From Gekko japonicus (taxonomy: Eukaryota), in NCBI RefSeq assembly GCF_001447785.1, contig NW_015170311.1:380400-444399 (forward strand): 64,000 nt of DNA, given 5' to 3'. Below are positions 10,141 to 22,171 of this stretch, one piece after another. A program made the position numbers and the translations under genes. Numbering within the stretch: position 1 is the first letter of the stretch; the number at the start of each line of letters is the position of its first letter. Below the pieces are notes generated by a model. That model had not been told where the DNA came from, ran no database searches, and worked only from the letters and a program-made list of their open reading frames with translations.

Positions 10141-12340
10141 AAATAAGGGAGCGGCTGCACCCAAACGTGCTATCAGTTGAGGATTAGAAAAGATAAAACC
10201 AAGTGAAGGCTGAAGGACTCTGAATTGTGCCTTAAAATTCTGTTTTTATTATGGATGATGCTCTTGGGTTTCTCTTTAAACAGTTAAATTAATGGATAAA
10301 AAGATAAATAATTTAGCATAACCAACTATGTTCAAAGTAATACTAGCAAGATTAATACTTATATAAGCTGTTGTTATGATTTCCTATTCTTGAGATTTTA
10401 GTTATTAGCGGTTTTCTTTCCTTTCTCCCTAGATGTAGTTCCCCCCCTTCCTATTTTTTCATTGTAGTTTATTTAAAAATGCAATAAAAAATCCCCTCCA
10501 GGGGGCCAAAAAAAAAGTGAACATGCATGTAGACCACGGTGACCTGGCAGACATTACATACTTGGACTTTCAAATGGCTTCCCTACAAGGTACCTCACCA
10601 AAAACTCCTATGGGATAAGAGGATGGGTTCTCTTATGGATTAAAAATTGGTTAAATGACAGGAAGCAAATAGTAGGAATTAACAGACAGTTCTCCCAATG
10701 GAGGAAAGTAAGCAGTAGGGTCCCACAAGGATTAGTAATGGGGCCAGTACTATTTAATTTGTTCATAAATGATCTGGAACTCGGGGTGAGTAGAACAGCT
10801 GAGTCTGCAGATGGCATAACATTATTCTGAGGGTGACTGTGAAGAGCACCAGGAGGATCTCCACAAATTGGGTGAGTGGGCAACAACATGGCAGATAAAG
10901 TTCCGTGTTGGTAAGTGTAGGGTGTAGGGTGACATACATTGGAACAAAAAAAAATCCCATCTTGCACTATAGGCTAATGGGGTCTGAACTCGCTAAGATT
11001 GAGAGGAAAAAAGATCTTGGGGTCATAACAGATAGCTCAATGTACGTGTCAACCCAGTGTGCTGTAGTGGTAAAAAAGACAAACTATGTTGGGGATTATT
11101 AGGAAAGGGACTAAAAATAAAACAGCCAATATCATGGCCCTGTATAGATCTACAGTGCGGCCTCACTTGGAATACCATGTGCAATTCTATCTCAAAAAGG
11201 ACATAGCAGAGCTGGGGAAAGTATAGAAAATTACAAAAGCATTAAACAAATGGTATTTAATTTAATTTAATAGGTATGCCAGGGAACTATGAGGCGACAC
11301 TGTCACTGTTTTCCCATGATTTATTATGGTTTTCCCCCCCCCCCCCCCAGGTTTCATTTTTATAAAAGCCCTTGCACATTTAATACTTGGTTCTGGTCCT
11401 CAACAATGTAATAAAGGTACCTTTCATTAGGCATATTGTTTATGGAAGAGAGACTGGAGCTTACAGTGGCAAGCATTTAACATGTACATGGTAAATTGGG
11501 GTCAAACAGCTATAAAAGGACTGGAAACATTAACTGCCATAAAAGCAGAACAGCAACATGCACTTTCCTGGCTTTGACTCAATCCAATCCTCAGAGTGCT
11601 AGACTGGCATCAACCCCATCTTTTCCCCCAACGGGGCTCTTGTTTCCAGAGCAGTTGCCAAGACTAAAGAGCCCAAGTTTTATATTGGGACACACAGTAA
11701 ATAAGCTAAACTGCCAAAAAGATAAATGTTTATATCTTAATTAAGGTTTATTCCCTAATTAAGCTTTATTCCCAGGTGTAAAAAAATTCCACCTGTTCAC
11801 ATACATTTCTTCCACATGTCACTATATAAAATTCAGGATGGGGCTTCTAAATTTAGTGTAAACACAAAGTGGTTTTAAACAAATGAAAGATACAGTAATT
11901 TTGTGCTTTATTAAAAGTGAAATTCTGTCAACAGACTGGAAGAGTATGTGTGTCTATCAGAATGCAAAACTAATTTGTTCTTATTACATGTACTATGTAA
12001 AATACAATGAATTTACATCCGTAATTATCACTTGCTTCACAGAATACTCAGTAAAACAAAAGGATAATGTTTTAATAGCATGCTTGTACAATACTTCCAC
12101 TTGTACAATACTTCCACAATTAGGGATTTAGGTTAGATAAGAACTTATCAACATTTTAAAAGAATGCTCCTAGCTTTAACATTATTGTAACAAACCAAAC
12201 TGAAAAAATATTTACTTAAATACAGTAAATATACCCTTTCGTTAGACACAACTCAATTTAGACATCAATTCAAAACCATGGTTTAATTAAACTAACCATA
12301 GTTAACTGACTGTCTAAGCCCACACCACCAAACTAACTAC

Positions 12341-12623
12341 TAGTAGAAGGAAGAGATTGGATTTATACCCCACTCTTCACTACCCAAAGAAGTCTCAGAG
12401 CAGTTTACAATCGCCTTTCCATTTCCCTCCCCACAACAGAAACCCTGTGAGGTAGATGGGACTGAGAGAGATCTTTCGACAACTGCTCTTGAGATAACAG
12501 CTCTGAAAGAACCTGTAACTGACTCAAGATCACCCAGCAGCTGCATGTGGAGTAGTGGGGAATCAACCCCAGTTCTCCCAGATTAGAGTCCGTGCTCCTA
12601 ACCACTACACCAAACTGGCTCTC
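12341..12623 (-). mobile_element. tRNA-derived CORE/MIR-like SINE (Squam3-like)
   Basis: Same family as 721-1011. Confidence 0.85.
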
Positions 12624-14927
12624 TAGGAAGAAGAGGTCTTCTCTACCACTGTTCTGCCCACCACCCCTTGGTGGGATAGTGTGGTTGGGATACCTGAAAA
12701 CTCTTATGATTTTACCATTGAGGTTTGGCAAATCCTACAGCGTCATACTTGGCATGGTGACATCATTTCTGGGTATTTTCCAGAAGTGATGCCACACCAT
12801 TAGTGTGATGTCAATCCCCCCTGTGGCTGCCCACATGAGGGGGAACAGATTTTAGTTCAGTTGCACAGGCTTCTATTTAAAAATAGGCCTCTACCACAGA
12901 TGTGAACTAATGGATTTGCACACAAGGATCCAGTTATTATATATATTGTTTGTATCAGTCTGCTTTATTGGGTTGCTGAGTGTCTACTTCTGCCCACTCC
13001 TCAAGGAAGAATTTTAAATGCCTACAAGTGGGGATGTTTTCTCCTGAATTACCGAAATTTGGCAGGTTGGGTCTCTTGGTTGAGGGGTACAATCCATGAG
13101 AATATCATTCCAATTAGATGTGTGTTAGATAGTTAATGCCATAGCAAATTTTAAAAAAAACTGATAATTTAAAAAAAGGAAAAGAAATATAACAATAGAA
13201 AGAAAACTAAAATAACCCAAAATGATTTTTATACATCATTTAATATTTTGATGATAATACAAGAAGAATAGTATCAGACAAAAAAATACAATGAATGTTA
13301 TCAATCCTAAACTAGTTCCTCTGTGATGCCTATGTTGGCTTCTTGCAGTGTTTGACTGTACAGGCTTTAAAAATAACCTTAAAATCTATGTTTTGCTATA
13401 AAGGAGTGACAGATTATATGAACCAACTCATTACATGGAACAAGGCTTTGATTCCTTTAGAAAATGCAATAAATTTTCCCCAATGAAAGTGATCTGCTTT
13501 CACTCCCTTTCCAAAACTACACGTAATTTTTAGAAATGAAGATTGATAAGCAACCTGGATTGTGAAAAATCTTGCTTTGGGTAAAATAAGTATTTGGTAT
13601 GTGTACACACTTCCACATGTCAAACCAAAGAACCACCATTTCCAAAGATGCACTTCTTCCTTTGGAGCAAACATAGTACAAAAATCTATAATATATTCTT
13701 TTATTGACTTTGTGTTGTTCAGTGAGGGGTGGGAGGAGGTGGTGCCAGCATGGGTTCTAGCCTGGCAGGCAGAGGTGATGGTGCAACAGGATAAGCAGCT
13801 TGGCTGGCCACTAAGTGAGAGCAAAATTGGGAAGACAAGGGTGTAGGGAGCATGAGAGACGTCACAGCCAGGAGAATCCAGGAAGAGGAGGAGGTGGGAG
13901 GGGGAGGAAAAACGAGAGAAAGAGGAGGGGATGGAAAGGGCTAGCAAAGGGGTGGGTAGAATCAAGATAAAAAAAGGATGGGCTGGGATTCTCCCCAACC
14001 TGTGAGTCTCATGAGTCCCCCATGCACAGTGCGGGGGAAGAGTAGCATAGAAGGGGTGGGGAGAGGGGAGGAATCGAAGACAGTGGAATCCTCCCCACAA
14101 GGTTGCGGGGGGGGGGGGTCCCCTGCTTGTTATCACTATTCGCTATACAGAAAATCAGCACATATAACCCAAACAAAACAGCACCAAACAGATCTCATTG
14201 GAACAGTTATTAAAGCAATATTTACAAAAATAAAGATAAGATGTTCAATTTAAAAAGGAGCCTATAGGACATGCAAAAACAGCTTGGTATCAAGCTGACT
14301 GGCCATTGCTGGAAACATGATGCTGGACTAGATGGAGTGAGTGACTGATGCAATGGGTCACTTCTTACTTTGTTAAATAATTTTTGCAATGACAAAACAA
14401 AAAAAAAGTCTGAAGGGAAATCCTAGAAATTCCTTATGTGGCAGAATATTTAGATTCCATAGTTTTAAGGAAATGTTTTTAAATGCAAAAATGCTGCAGA
14501 TGAGCATAGGTGTAGTAATGAAAAGGAGAGATTTCCATATTGAATGGAAGTATAAAATCCCTGCTGACATCCCTAAGGACCAGTTCTTTCACAGTCTTGC
14601 ACCTGGTGCCATAAAACTTTACAGCCATGCTTCTGAAGTGCAAAGCTGATTAAAACTGCAAATTGTTCAAAAAACATTTCACAGACTGGGAGCATTCTAA
14701 ATTGGGGACACAGAAGAAGAACTAGTGTGGTGTGTTGGCTGTATAGCCTTGGACTTGAATCCCTGCTCAACCATGAAGCTCACTGGGTACCCTCAGAACA
14801 ACCAAGCTGTTGATGAGTCGACATATGGCAGCAGCACAGGGCTGTAAACTCAGAAGAAAAGCCTTCATCCTAAAGCAGCCCCCACCCCCGCAACTGACTG
14901 ACACAGGTATTCCTCTGAAAACAGTTT

Positions 14928-15026
14928 GTTCTTTCTGTAGAGCTATGGAGTAACTAACTACACAGATTATTTCCTGTTGGTTCTTTCTGTAGAGCTATGG
15001 AGTAACTAACTACACAGATTATTTCC
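14928..15026. repeat. 47-bp perfect direct duplication with a 5-bp spacer
   Basis: GTTCTTTCTGTAGAGCTATGGAGTAACTAACTACACAGATTATTTCC at 14928-14974 and 14980-15026. Confidence 0.9.
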
Positions 15027-15037
15027 GAAAGGGAATA

Positions 15038-15508
15038 CACTAAAAGCTTTGTTATCCAGTACCAGGGGTTTGCTAGTTAACCAAATGCGCCAGATACTCA
15101 ATTTCATTGTTCTGCCCTACTCCCTAACCAAAGGAATCTACAGTAAGCATGCCCCACCTTCATTGGTAATGCCGTAGCAACAGCCTCCACACCTGGCAGA
15201 ACCCTTTCCCAACAGGTAAAGAAACAGGGCAGCTACATGGGAGCCCTCCAGCACAGCTGGTGCCTGACAGCATGTGGCAGCCGGAAGGAGAAGGAGACAC
15301 TCAAGGATGACATCAGATAGCACAGCTGGCTGTCAGAAGCCCAGCAGTGTTTGAATGGATCAAGCTGGCCAGCTGGAAAGGCAAGAGCAGGGTGTACACT
15401 AGAAGATTCAGAGGTTTCGCAATTGAGGGGAAGGAGGTTGCCATCTGGCTGGTGCCAGTTTAGTAAGCATTCTGGATAATCAAATACCAGATAACAAAGG
15501 TTTTACTG
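15038..15508. mobile_element. Tc1/mariner (Tigger/pogo-type) non-autonomous element
   Basis: TIRs CACTAAAAGCTTTGTTATC and GATAACAAAGGTTTTACTG, each flanked by TA. Confidence 0.7.
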
Positions 15509-15735
15509 TACATGTAGGTCTTGTGTAAGGACATCTGCCCAGTTCAGGCTATCTTGGCTTCCCTGGAATGGCACAAATATTTGTGCTGGCACAAGGGGCA
15601 AATAAGGGGGGGGGGGTCAACTTAATTATCACATGGCATTGTGTGTAGAACAGCCAGGAGATCCTAAGATTGTCTGGCAGCCAAATGTTCTAGCTCTTTG
15701 AGTGTTATGCACCACTAGGTGGCAAGCTATACTTG

Positions 15736-15901
15736 TTTTTAAGGCAAGAGATGTTTCAGAGGTGGTTTGCCATTGCCTGCCTCTGCATCACAACCCTGGC
15801 ATTCTTTGGAGATCGCCCTTCCAAATACTAGACAAGGCTGACCCTGCTTAGCTTCTGAGATCTGACGAGATCAGGCTAGCCTGGGCTATTCAGGGCAGGG
15901 C
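15736..15901 (-). mobile_element. 5S rRNA-derived SINE
   Basis: Minus strand CCTGATCTCGTCAGATCTCAGAAGCTAAGCAGGGTC (5S-like), followed by the GGCAATGGCAAACCACCTC body. Confidence 0.85.
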
Positions 15902-17084
15902 AGGAGGTCAGCTCATGGACAAAAAATATCAATGCATATTATCACTGTCCATCTTATGAAACCTCCTAGTTGTTCTCCATATTTTCTTCCTTTCAACTAA
16001 ATCAGTTCATGATTCCTTCCTCTTCATTTATTACTGTTGTACAGTTTCTAAAAAAGCCTCACTATAGCAAAATACTGCTATTGCCTGCTTTGCTTAGGTA
16101 GTGGATCCAGATAGGACACTTCACTGACCCTTGCCTTACTACCTGTAAGGCAAAGCTACCTAATTTCCATCAAGGATTAATATGAATATTGGAAGACCAA
16201 GTTCTGCTCATAGGTGTTCATTGTTTTCAGTGTTCCTGCAACTACTATGTTCTTTCTTTATTTCCTTCAAGGCTGGATGCGGTAATGTAGTAATTAGGTC
16301 CAATTGTGAGAACCTGTGCTCAGTTGTATAGCCTGATGGGTCGGGGAAATTAGGTGCCGTTCCCAACATACTTTGGAAAGTTCCTCAGAAGAAAATCCCT
16401 GATTAGACAAGAGAAACTACATGATGCCATAGGGTAGAAAGCTACAATAAAATGTATAGGCCAGAGAGACACATGCTAAAGCCATGCTAGTATGTTTAGA
16501 TATTATATGCTTCATCATGATGGGCTGCAATGTATAGAATGCTTTTATGCTACTGCTTGGATATTATGCTGCAAGAGATCAATGTCTTAGATAGAAAAAT
16601 TAGCTTCTTTATTTTCTCATTGCTAAGCTACAGAGATGGCACTGCATAATTAACTCTATTAATAATTTAAATAAACCTTTAAACATTTTACAAGGTCTGG
16701 TTTTCTTGTGTGCCTCTAGGACCTATAGGTCTGGGAAGTTGTTCAGGGGTTCCAAGCAAGGGACTAGGAACAATAACTCAAGGGGACACAGCCAAGGGTC
16801 TTTGACACCACTTATTTCTACTTCCCCTCCAGTTTCCACTACTCAGTTTTCCTTTAAACTGCCCCTCTGAGTATATAAGCTTTACTCAAGTTTACGTGAA
16901 GTCCTAGTTTAAGGACAAGCCACTCCCAGAATGATCCCCAGAAAGTAGGTAACACATGCAAGAGGTTAGCAAAGCTACTCTTCAAATGGTTCTTTTAAAA
17001 GAAACATTTGAGATATTTTTCTTATCATTATTTAAACTCATTTCTATTAAAATCTTCTTCTTTTTTGGCAAGCATGAGTAAGTT

Positions 17085-17284
17085 GATTGCCTGGAGATTT
17101 TGGGGGTGGAGCCTGAGGAAGGCAGGGTTTGTGAAGGGGAGAGACTTCAGTGGGATATCGTATAATGCCATAGAGCCCACCTTGCAAAGTGGCTATTTTC
17201 TTCAGGTGAACTTATCTCTGTTGCCTGGAGATCAGTTGTAATAGTGGGAGATGTCTAGCCACCACGTGGAGCCTGGCAACCCTA
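17085..17284 (-). mobile_element. hAT-type MITE (TAGGGTTGCCA family)
   Basis: Ends in TGGCAACCCTA. The interior matches copies at 41882-43234 and 62723. Confidence 0.75.
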
Positions 17285-18998
17285 CTGATTGATTCAGAGG
17301 TTATATAAAAACTCCAATACATTCATTACACCCATCAAGGCTAAACTGTCAACTCTTATCTTTTTTCTATCCATTACTTTCTAAAAATAGAAGCTTTTAA
17401 TTGTGTCTTCCTACATGCCAAGACTCATGACTTTATTCCCTTCAGTCCCAGCCAGCACTCTTTCATTACCCACAACCATACTTCGTTTTCCTGTCCTTAA
17501 AATTCTTAAATGGGTTTCTTTAACTGGTTACAGGGGTAAACCCAAAAGACGTGTCTCAAAGGACATAGCATCCTGGGGCAGAACTAGATATTAATTTGGA
17601 GATCCATGAATAGAATATTTTGTTTATAAAAAAAAGGTTAAAAAGCCATTCAGATTGGGGGCTGTGCAAGTAGGGGAAAGGGTTTTCACCTTTCTATTAC
17701 TGCCTTTTCCTGATCTCAATCACATATCCTGCTCTCTGAGCAGGAGGAAAACAGAAGACACAATATGGCTACCCATTTTTTCCACTTATGGAGGAAAAAA
17801 GCAGCTGGTGAATGGGTAATTTGCATTGGTAAAACAGTGCAAGAGGAAAGCAAAAAACCCCTCCTTTCTCCCAGCAGGATGTCTGTGATACAAATTACCT
17901 TCTGTTGGTCTGCTTTTAGTTTTTAAAAACAAACAAACAAAGGGGGTGCTAATCATTGATCTTCGCAGTCATCTAGATTGACCCTCAGCTAACAAATGGG
18001 GGAGCAGTCAGCCAGGCCGAGTGAGAAAGAGAAGATATATCTGATTGTTACAACATTTGCAGAATTATAACAGGACCTTAGCGTTGCACCTAAACTTTTA
18101 ATATCACAGAGTAAACCATAAAAGGAAATGGCTCAAAAGCTTATTTCCAGTTTCCAAACTCTTAAACATTTTTTAAAACTCAATTTAGCTGTTTTCAAGG
18201 AGTTAAAAAATCAGTCATCCACATACATTTAAAGGGGGTCTCTGAAGTATAATTCACATGGAATTTCCTTCTATACTAAGCTGGGGCTCCATATGGAATA
18301 AGTTAGCAATAGAAGCAATTAACAAGACACAATTTTTAAAAGGTTTGTTTTGTTCAAAGCTTAGCAACCATCTGGAACAAACGTGGGAGAAGAATTTGAT
18401 AGAAAGGAAATAGCTGAACTTTACTGTATATTAAAATTGTTCCCATTCCTATGCTCTCTATTAATGCAGATATCATTAGCACTAGTATCATCTGTAAAAT
18501 TTAATTTTTATAAATAAAGGATACTAAGCAAGCCTTGCCTTTTTTGTATAGAAAATACAATGTTTATATCACACACAACCACACACCACACACATATTTC
18601 AGGAGTTTCTTTTAAACATGGTCATCTTAAGCAGAAAAAAAATGTAGTTAAATAAGAGCTATAATAATTAATTAAAAGAGTTGAAAGGAACAAACCCACT
18701 GAGAAAATACTTTTTAAAGGAGAAACATTATCATAAGCATATTTAAATGCAATGGAAAGAACAGATTAATTTCAAAAGAATAGTCTGGATGAACAATAAC
18801 CGGCATAAGACAGAAATACATATTACTACAAAGGACTGGTAAAAAACTGAAGTGTCAAAAAGACCAAAGACCAACATCAGATGGAAAATAACTATATCCT
18901 CCAAGATCTCTAAAGAGACAACATACCTTTTCTAAATAAATCTAAGTATGCTGTTGAACACAGAAATGATGTGTATGCTGAATAAATTAGGAAGATGA

Positions 18999-19213
18999 GC
19001 AAATGATGCAAATAATGTTTTAATGTCGTCCCCCCCTTCTTCTAAGAGTGCAATTTTCAGTAGAGGACATGGGGTCAGGTGAGGCAATGAGGCAACCAAA
19101 CCATATGCAAATGATGCAAATAATGTTTTAATGTCCCCCCCACCCTTCTTCTAAGACTGCGATTTGCAGTAGAGGACATGAGGTCAGGTGAGGCAAAGAG
19201 GCAACCAAACCAT
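18999..19213. repeat. About 108-bp tandem duplication, diverged
   Basis: GCAAATGATGCAAATAATGTTTTAATGTC...GAGGCAACCAAACCAT occurs twice with several substitutions. Confidence 0.85.
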
Positions 19214-19920
19214 TTCTGGCTACTTTGCATGTATTTATCCCAGCTTGCATATTTAAAGAATGCATGGACTGATTTAAAAGTTTTCTTAAAAGCCCCACAG
19301 GCTCACAAATGAGAAGCTGCTTACTTCTTGCAGTAAGTAGTCTTTTGGAAAATGGGTGCAGGTTCAACGGATATGAGATAGAAAAACACAGAAAACACGT
19401 AAATTCTATTTAGAATACTATTTAGCTTATTGTTGTGATCATGATAACAATTTATAAACAATCAAGACGTACTTTTCTTCTTTGACATGGCAGCTGAATC
19501 ATGTGAAGGCAAAAATGAATCTATTTGAAAAGCTTTTGAGCAATTTATACCCCTAACAATTTCTCTAGGCTTCATATACGGCATTCATATTTGAATGGGG
19601 GAAAGAGAGCAGGAGCTGCTGCCTCTGTTGTTCCCCACCAACGGGAAGGCAGAACAGCAGGGTAGCAGGCAAGAAAGAGGGCACAGTGATGGGGAGGGTG
19701 GATGAGCAAAACGCCAGAGCAGTGGGGATGGAGAAAGGAAAGAAGAGTGGGGGGAAGGGGTGTACAAGATTCCCCCACCCCACAAGTTTCTGTAAGGTTT
19801 CTGTCGGTGGGAAGTGGGAGACCAGACCAAAGGGAGAGGCAAGTGACCAAAGGGGAAGGATGGAAACCACCACCACCCATGCAAGTCTTGTAAGTCCCCA
19901 CTTGTTACATCTAATTCCTG

Positions 19921-20311
19921 TAGGGTTGCCAGGTCCACTTACCTGGCCAGCGGGGAGCTCCCGACATCCTTCCAGGAGACTGGAAGTGATGCTGGGCTAC
20001 TTCTGGTAAAACTGGAAGTGCAAGCCCCAACATGATTACGTCACCTGGAAGTGACACTCTGATTTTGGGACAAAACCCTATAGTGAATTTGGCTTCAAAC
20101 CACATTTTTGCCCAAAAACCAGAGCATCCCCCTCAATATGATGACGTCAGTTATGGGTGATGTCATCACATCGGGGCCTGCACTTCGTTTTAACGGAAGT
20201 CATCTGGGAAAGTCAGTTGGGGGCAGGATTTCCCCCTGCCAGCTATCTGGCTAACGGCAGGCAAGAGCCCACAAAAGCAGGGGTTCCCCCACTGGGAGAC
20301 TGGGAACCCTA
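19921..20311. mobile_element. hAT-type MITE with TAGGGTTGCCA TIR and imperfect internal palindrome
   Basis: TIRs TAGGGTTGCCAG and CTGGGAACCCTA. Perfect 8-bp TSD AATTCCTG. Confidence 0.85.
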
Positions 20312-20333
20312 AATTCCTGTGTGGGACCACCAC

Positions 20334-20539
20334 CAGTGTTCCCTCTAAGCTGAGTTAGTGTGAGCTAGCTCACATTTTTTTAGCCTCTGGCTCACACATT
20401 TTAGTCTTTGCTCAGGAAAGATGGCTCCAGAGCAAACTAATTTACGCAGTAGCCAAATCGCTCGCTCACGACTTTAACGCCAGTAGCTCACAAAGTAGAA
20501 TTTCTGCTCACAAGACTCCACAGCTTAGAGGGAGCATTG
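20334..20539. mobile_element. hAT-type MITE, 206 bp (CAGTGTTCCC TIR)
   Basis: TIR CAGTGTTCCCTCTAAGCTG / CAGCTTAGAGGGAGCATTG. TSD ACCACCAC / CCCACCAC. A second copy is at 53692. Confidence 0.9.
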
Positions 20540-20570
20540 CCCACCACACAAATTAAAAAATCTGAACAAA

Positions 20571-20794
20571 GCCCTGACCTGGATAGCCCAGGCAAGCCCA
20601 ATTTCATCAGATCTTGGAAGCTAAGCAGGACCAACCCTGGCAAGTACTTGGATGGGAGACCTCCAAGGAATACCAGGGCTAGGATGCAGAGGCAGGCAAT
20701 AACAACCCCCCTCTCTGAAACATCCAAGCCCCACTAGGATTCGCCAGAAGTCAACCATGATTTCCAGGCACACAAACATACACAAAAAAATAAT
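20571..20794 (+). mobile_element. 5S rRNA-derived SINE
   Basis: GATCTTGGAAGCTAAGCAGG...AGTACTTGGATGGGAGACC. TSD AAATCTGAACAA at 20558-20569 and 20795-20806. Confidence 0.85.
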
Positions 20795-22171
20795 AAATCT
20801 GAACAATGAGGCCATGTAGGCTAGAAGAGAGATTTTTGCAGCACTGAAGAAAACTTCCGAGTTTGCTTAAAACCATGTTGGAAGGCCCATGGCATCTCCC
20901 CATGGTATCTCATCAATGACCTTCCTCATTGATGAAAAATGAAAACGAGCTGGGAGGGGGATTATATTCAGAAAAATGCAAGGGAGAAACTCCTTTCCCA
21001 GTTCTATGAGGCTGATTCACAGCCAAATTAGATGATACCACATCCCCTAGTCCGCCATAGGGATTCAGCACTGTTTGTTTTTAATTTTCCAAAACACTGG
21101 GGGGGGTCAATACTGTTGGGGACTTGAGTGTTGAGACGATCCTGTCCCTCTTTCACAGGGTGGAGGGGCAGAGTCTATCATCTCTCCAAGAAATGGTCCT
21201 CTGAAGGATTGGCCACCCTGCAGAATTTATAAAAGTTAAAAAACAAATTCTATAATGGCATTTTGTCCCCAGCGCAACTTCAGAGATACTATACCATCTA
21301 GCTATAGCATCTAGTATGACCCTCAATTGGTGCTTTCAGGCAGTTGCCATTAAGAGAAGTTTAAAGAGATGGGAAATCCAATCACAGGTCTCCAATAACC
21401 TGCTCAGTTTGTCCCTCATTGAGAATACAACCAATTTCAAGATGTAAGTGTTACTCTCTCTTTCTCTCATTGTCAAATAACTGAATAATGAATGGGATTG
21501 TCCTTCCCCATTCTCCCCCTCCAACAGGAATAGTGGAAGGTTATTAGAGAAGGGATACGCACAGCTATCTTTAGCACTTTTGAACTAAGTTCTAATTTAT
21601 TGCTTCCTTGGATATACCCTACAAACATGTTCTCCATAGTAATATCTGAATGGCACAACGTTTCTTGAAATTACTTTTGGAGTTGCATACTTTCACACAG
21701 CCTCCAGCCCACAGCCAAGCCTTAAATGTAGTATACTCTTTATGATATGGAATGTAGAGTAAGCAAAATGTGTATATTAAGCCACTTATCTTTATAGACT
21801 TATTCTTATGCTAAATGGCAAAATCTGTAACACATGAAAAACAACAAAAATTATAAGCAAATATGAGCATCCTTTACTATTATTAGAACTGAATTCCTAT
21901 TCTGCATGCTTTGCACTGATACTGAATTTAGGATTTACCCATAAAATATTTGCAGTCATGGCTCTTTATTGTACCAAGAAGAAAATAAAAGGGCTGCACC
22001 AGTCATTGGAGATAAAAAATAAGGTTAAGGTACCATCAGCCTTGGCCTTATTTTTTATCTCTTTATTGTGCCAAACAGGCTTGCCCTTCTGTGCCAAGGA
22101 AGCCCAAATTCTATTACAAGGTTCAGTCACATAAATTAAACAAATATACACCAATCTACTTAACAATGTAT

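Larger units (their letters stand above)
8444..10513 (+). mobile_element. ORF1-only L1-like (HAL1-like) non-LTR element
   Basis: 16-bp TSD AAAGTGAACATGCATG at 8428-8443 and 10514-10529. GC/CpG-rich 5' UTR starting GCTTCCGGTTTATGGC. L1-type ORF1 (8967-9720, one frameshift near 9367). AATAAA and an A tail. No L1 EN/RT sequence seen. Confidence 0.8.
6300..11240 (+). mobile_element. Decayed CR1 LINE ORF2, split by several nested insertions (may extend upstream to about 5730)
   Basis: EN-like KADNVMTLGD; RT motifs KSPGPDGIHPKVLREL, ANVTPTFKKGSREEPGNYR and NQHGFCKGKSCLTSLLEFFE. It resumes after 10529 with GVPQG-like and KDLGVI motifs. Confidence 0.85.

Noticed and set aside
13414-14136. 240-aa minus-strand ORF
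   Set aside because: Low-complexity Pro/Ser/Leu/Phe translation of a purine-rich tract, with no recognisable domain or exon structure.
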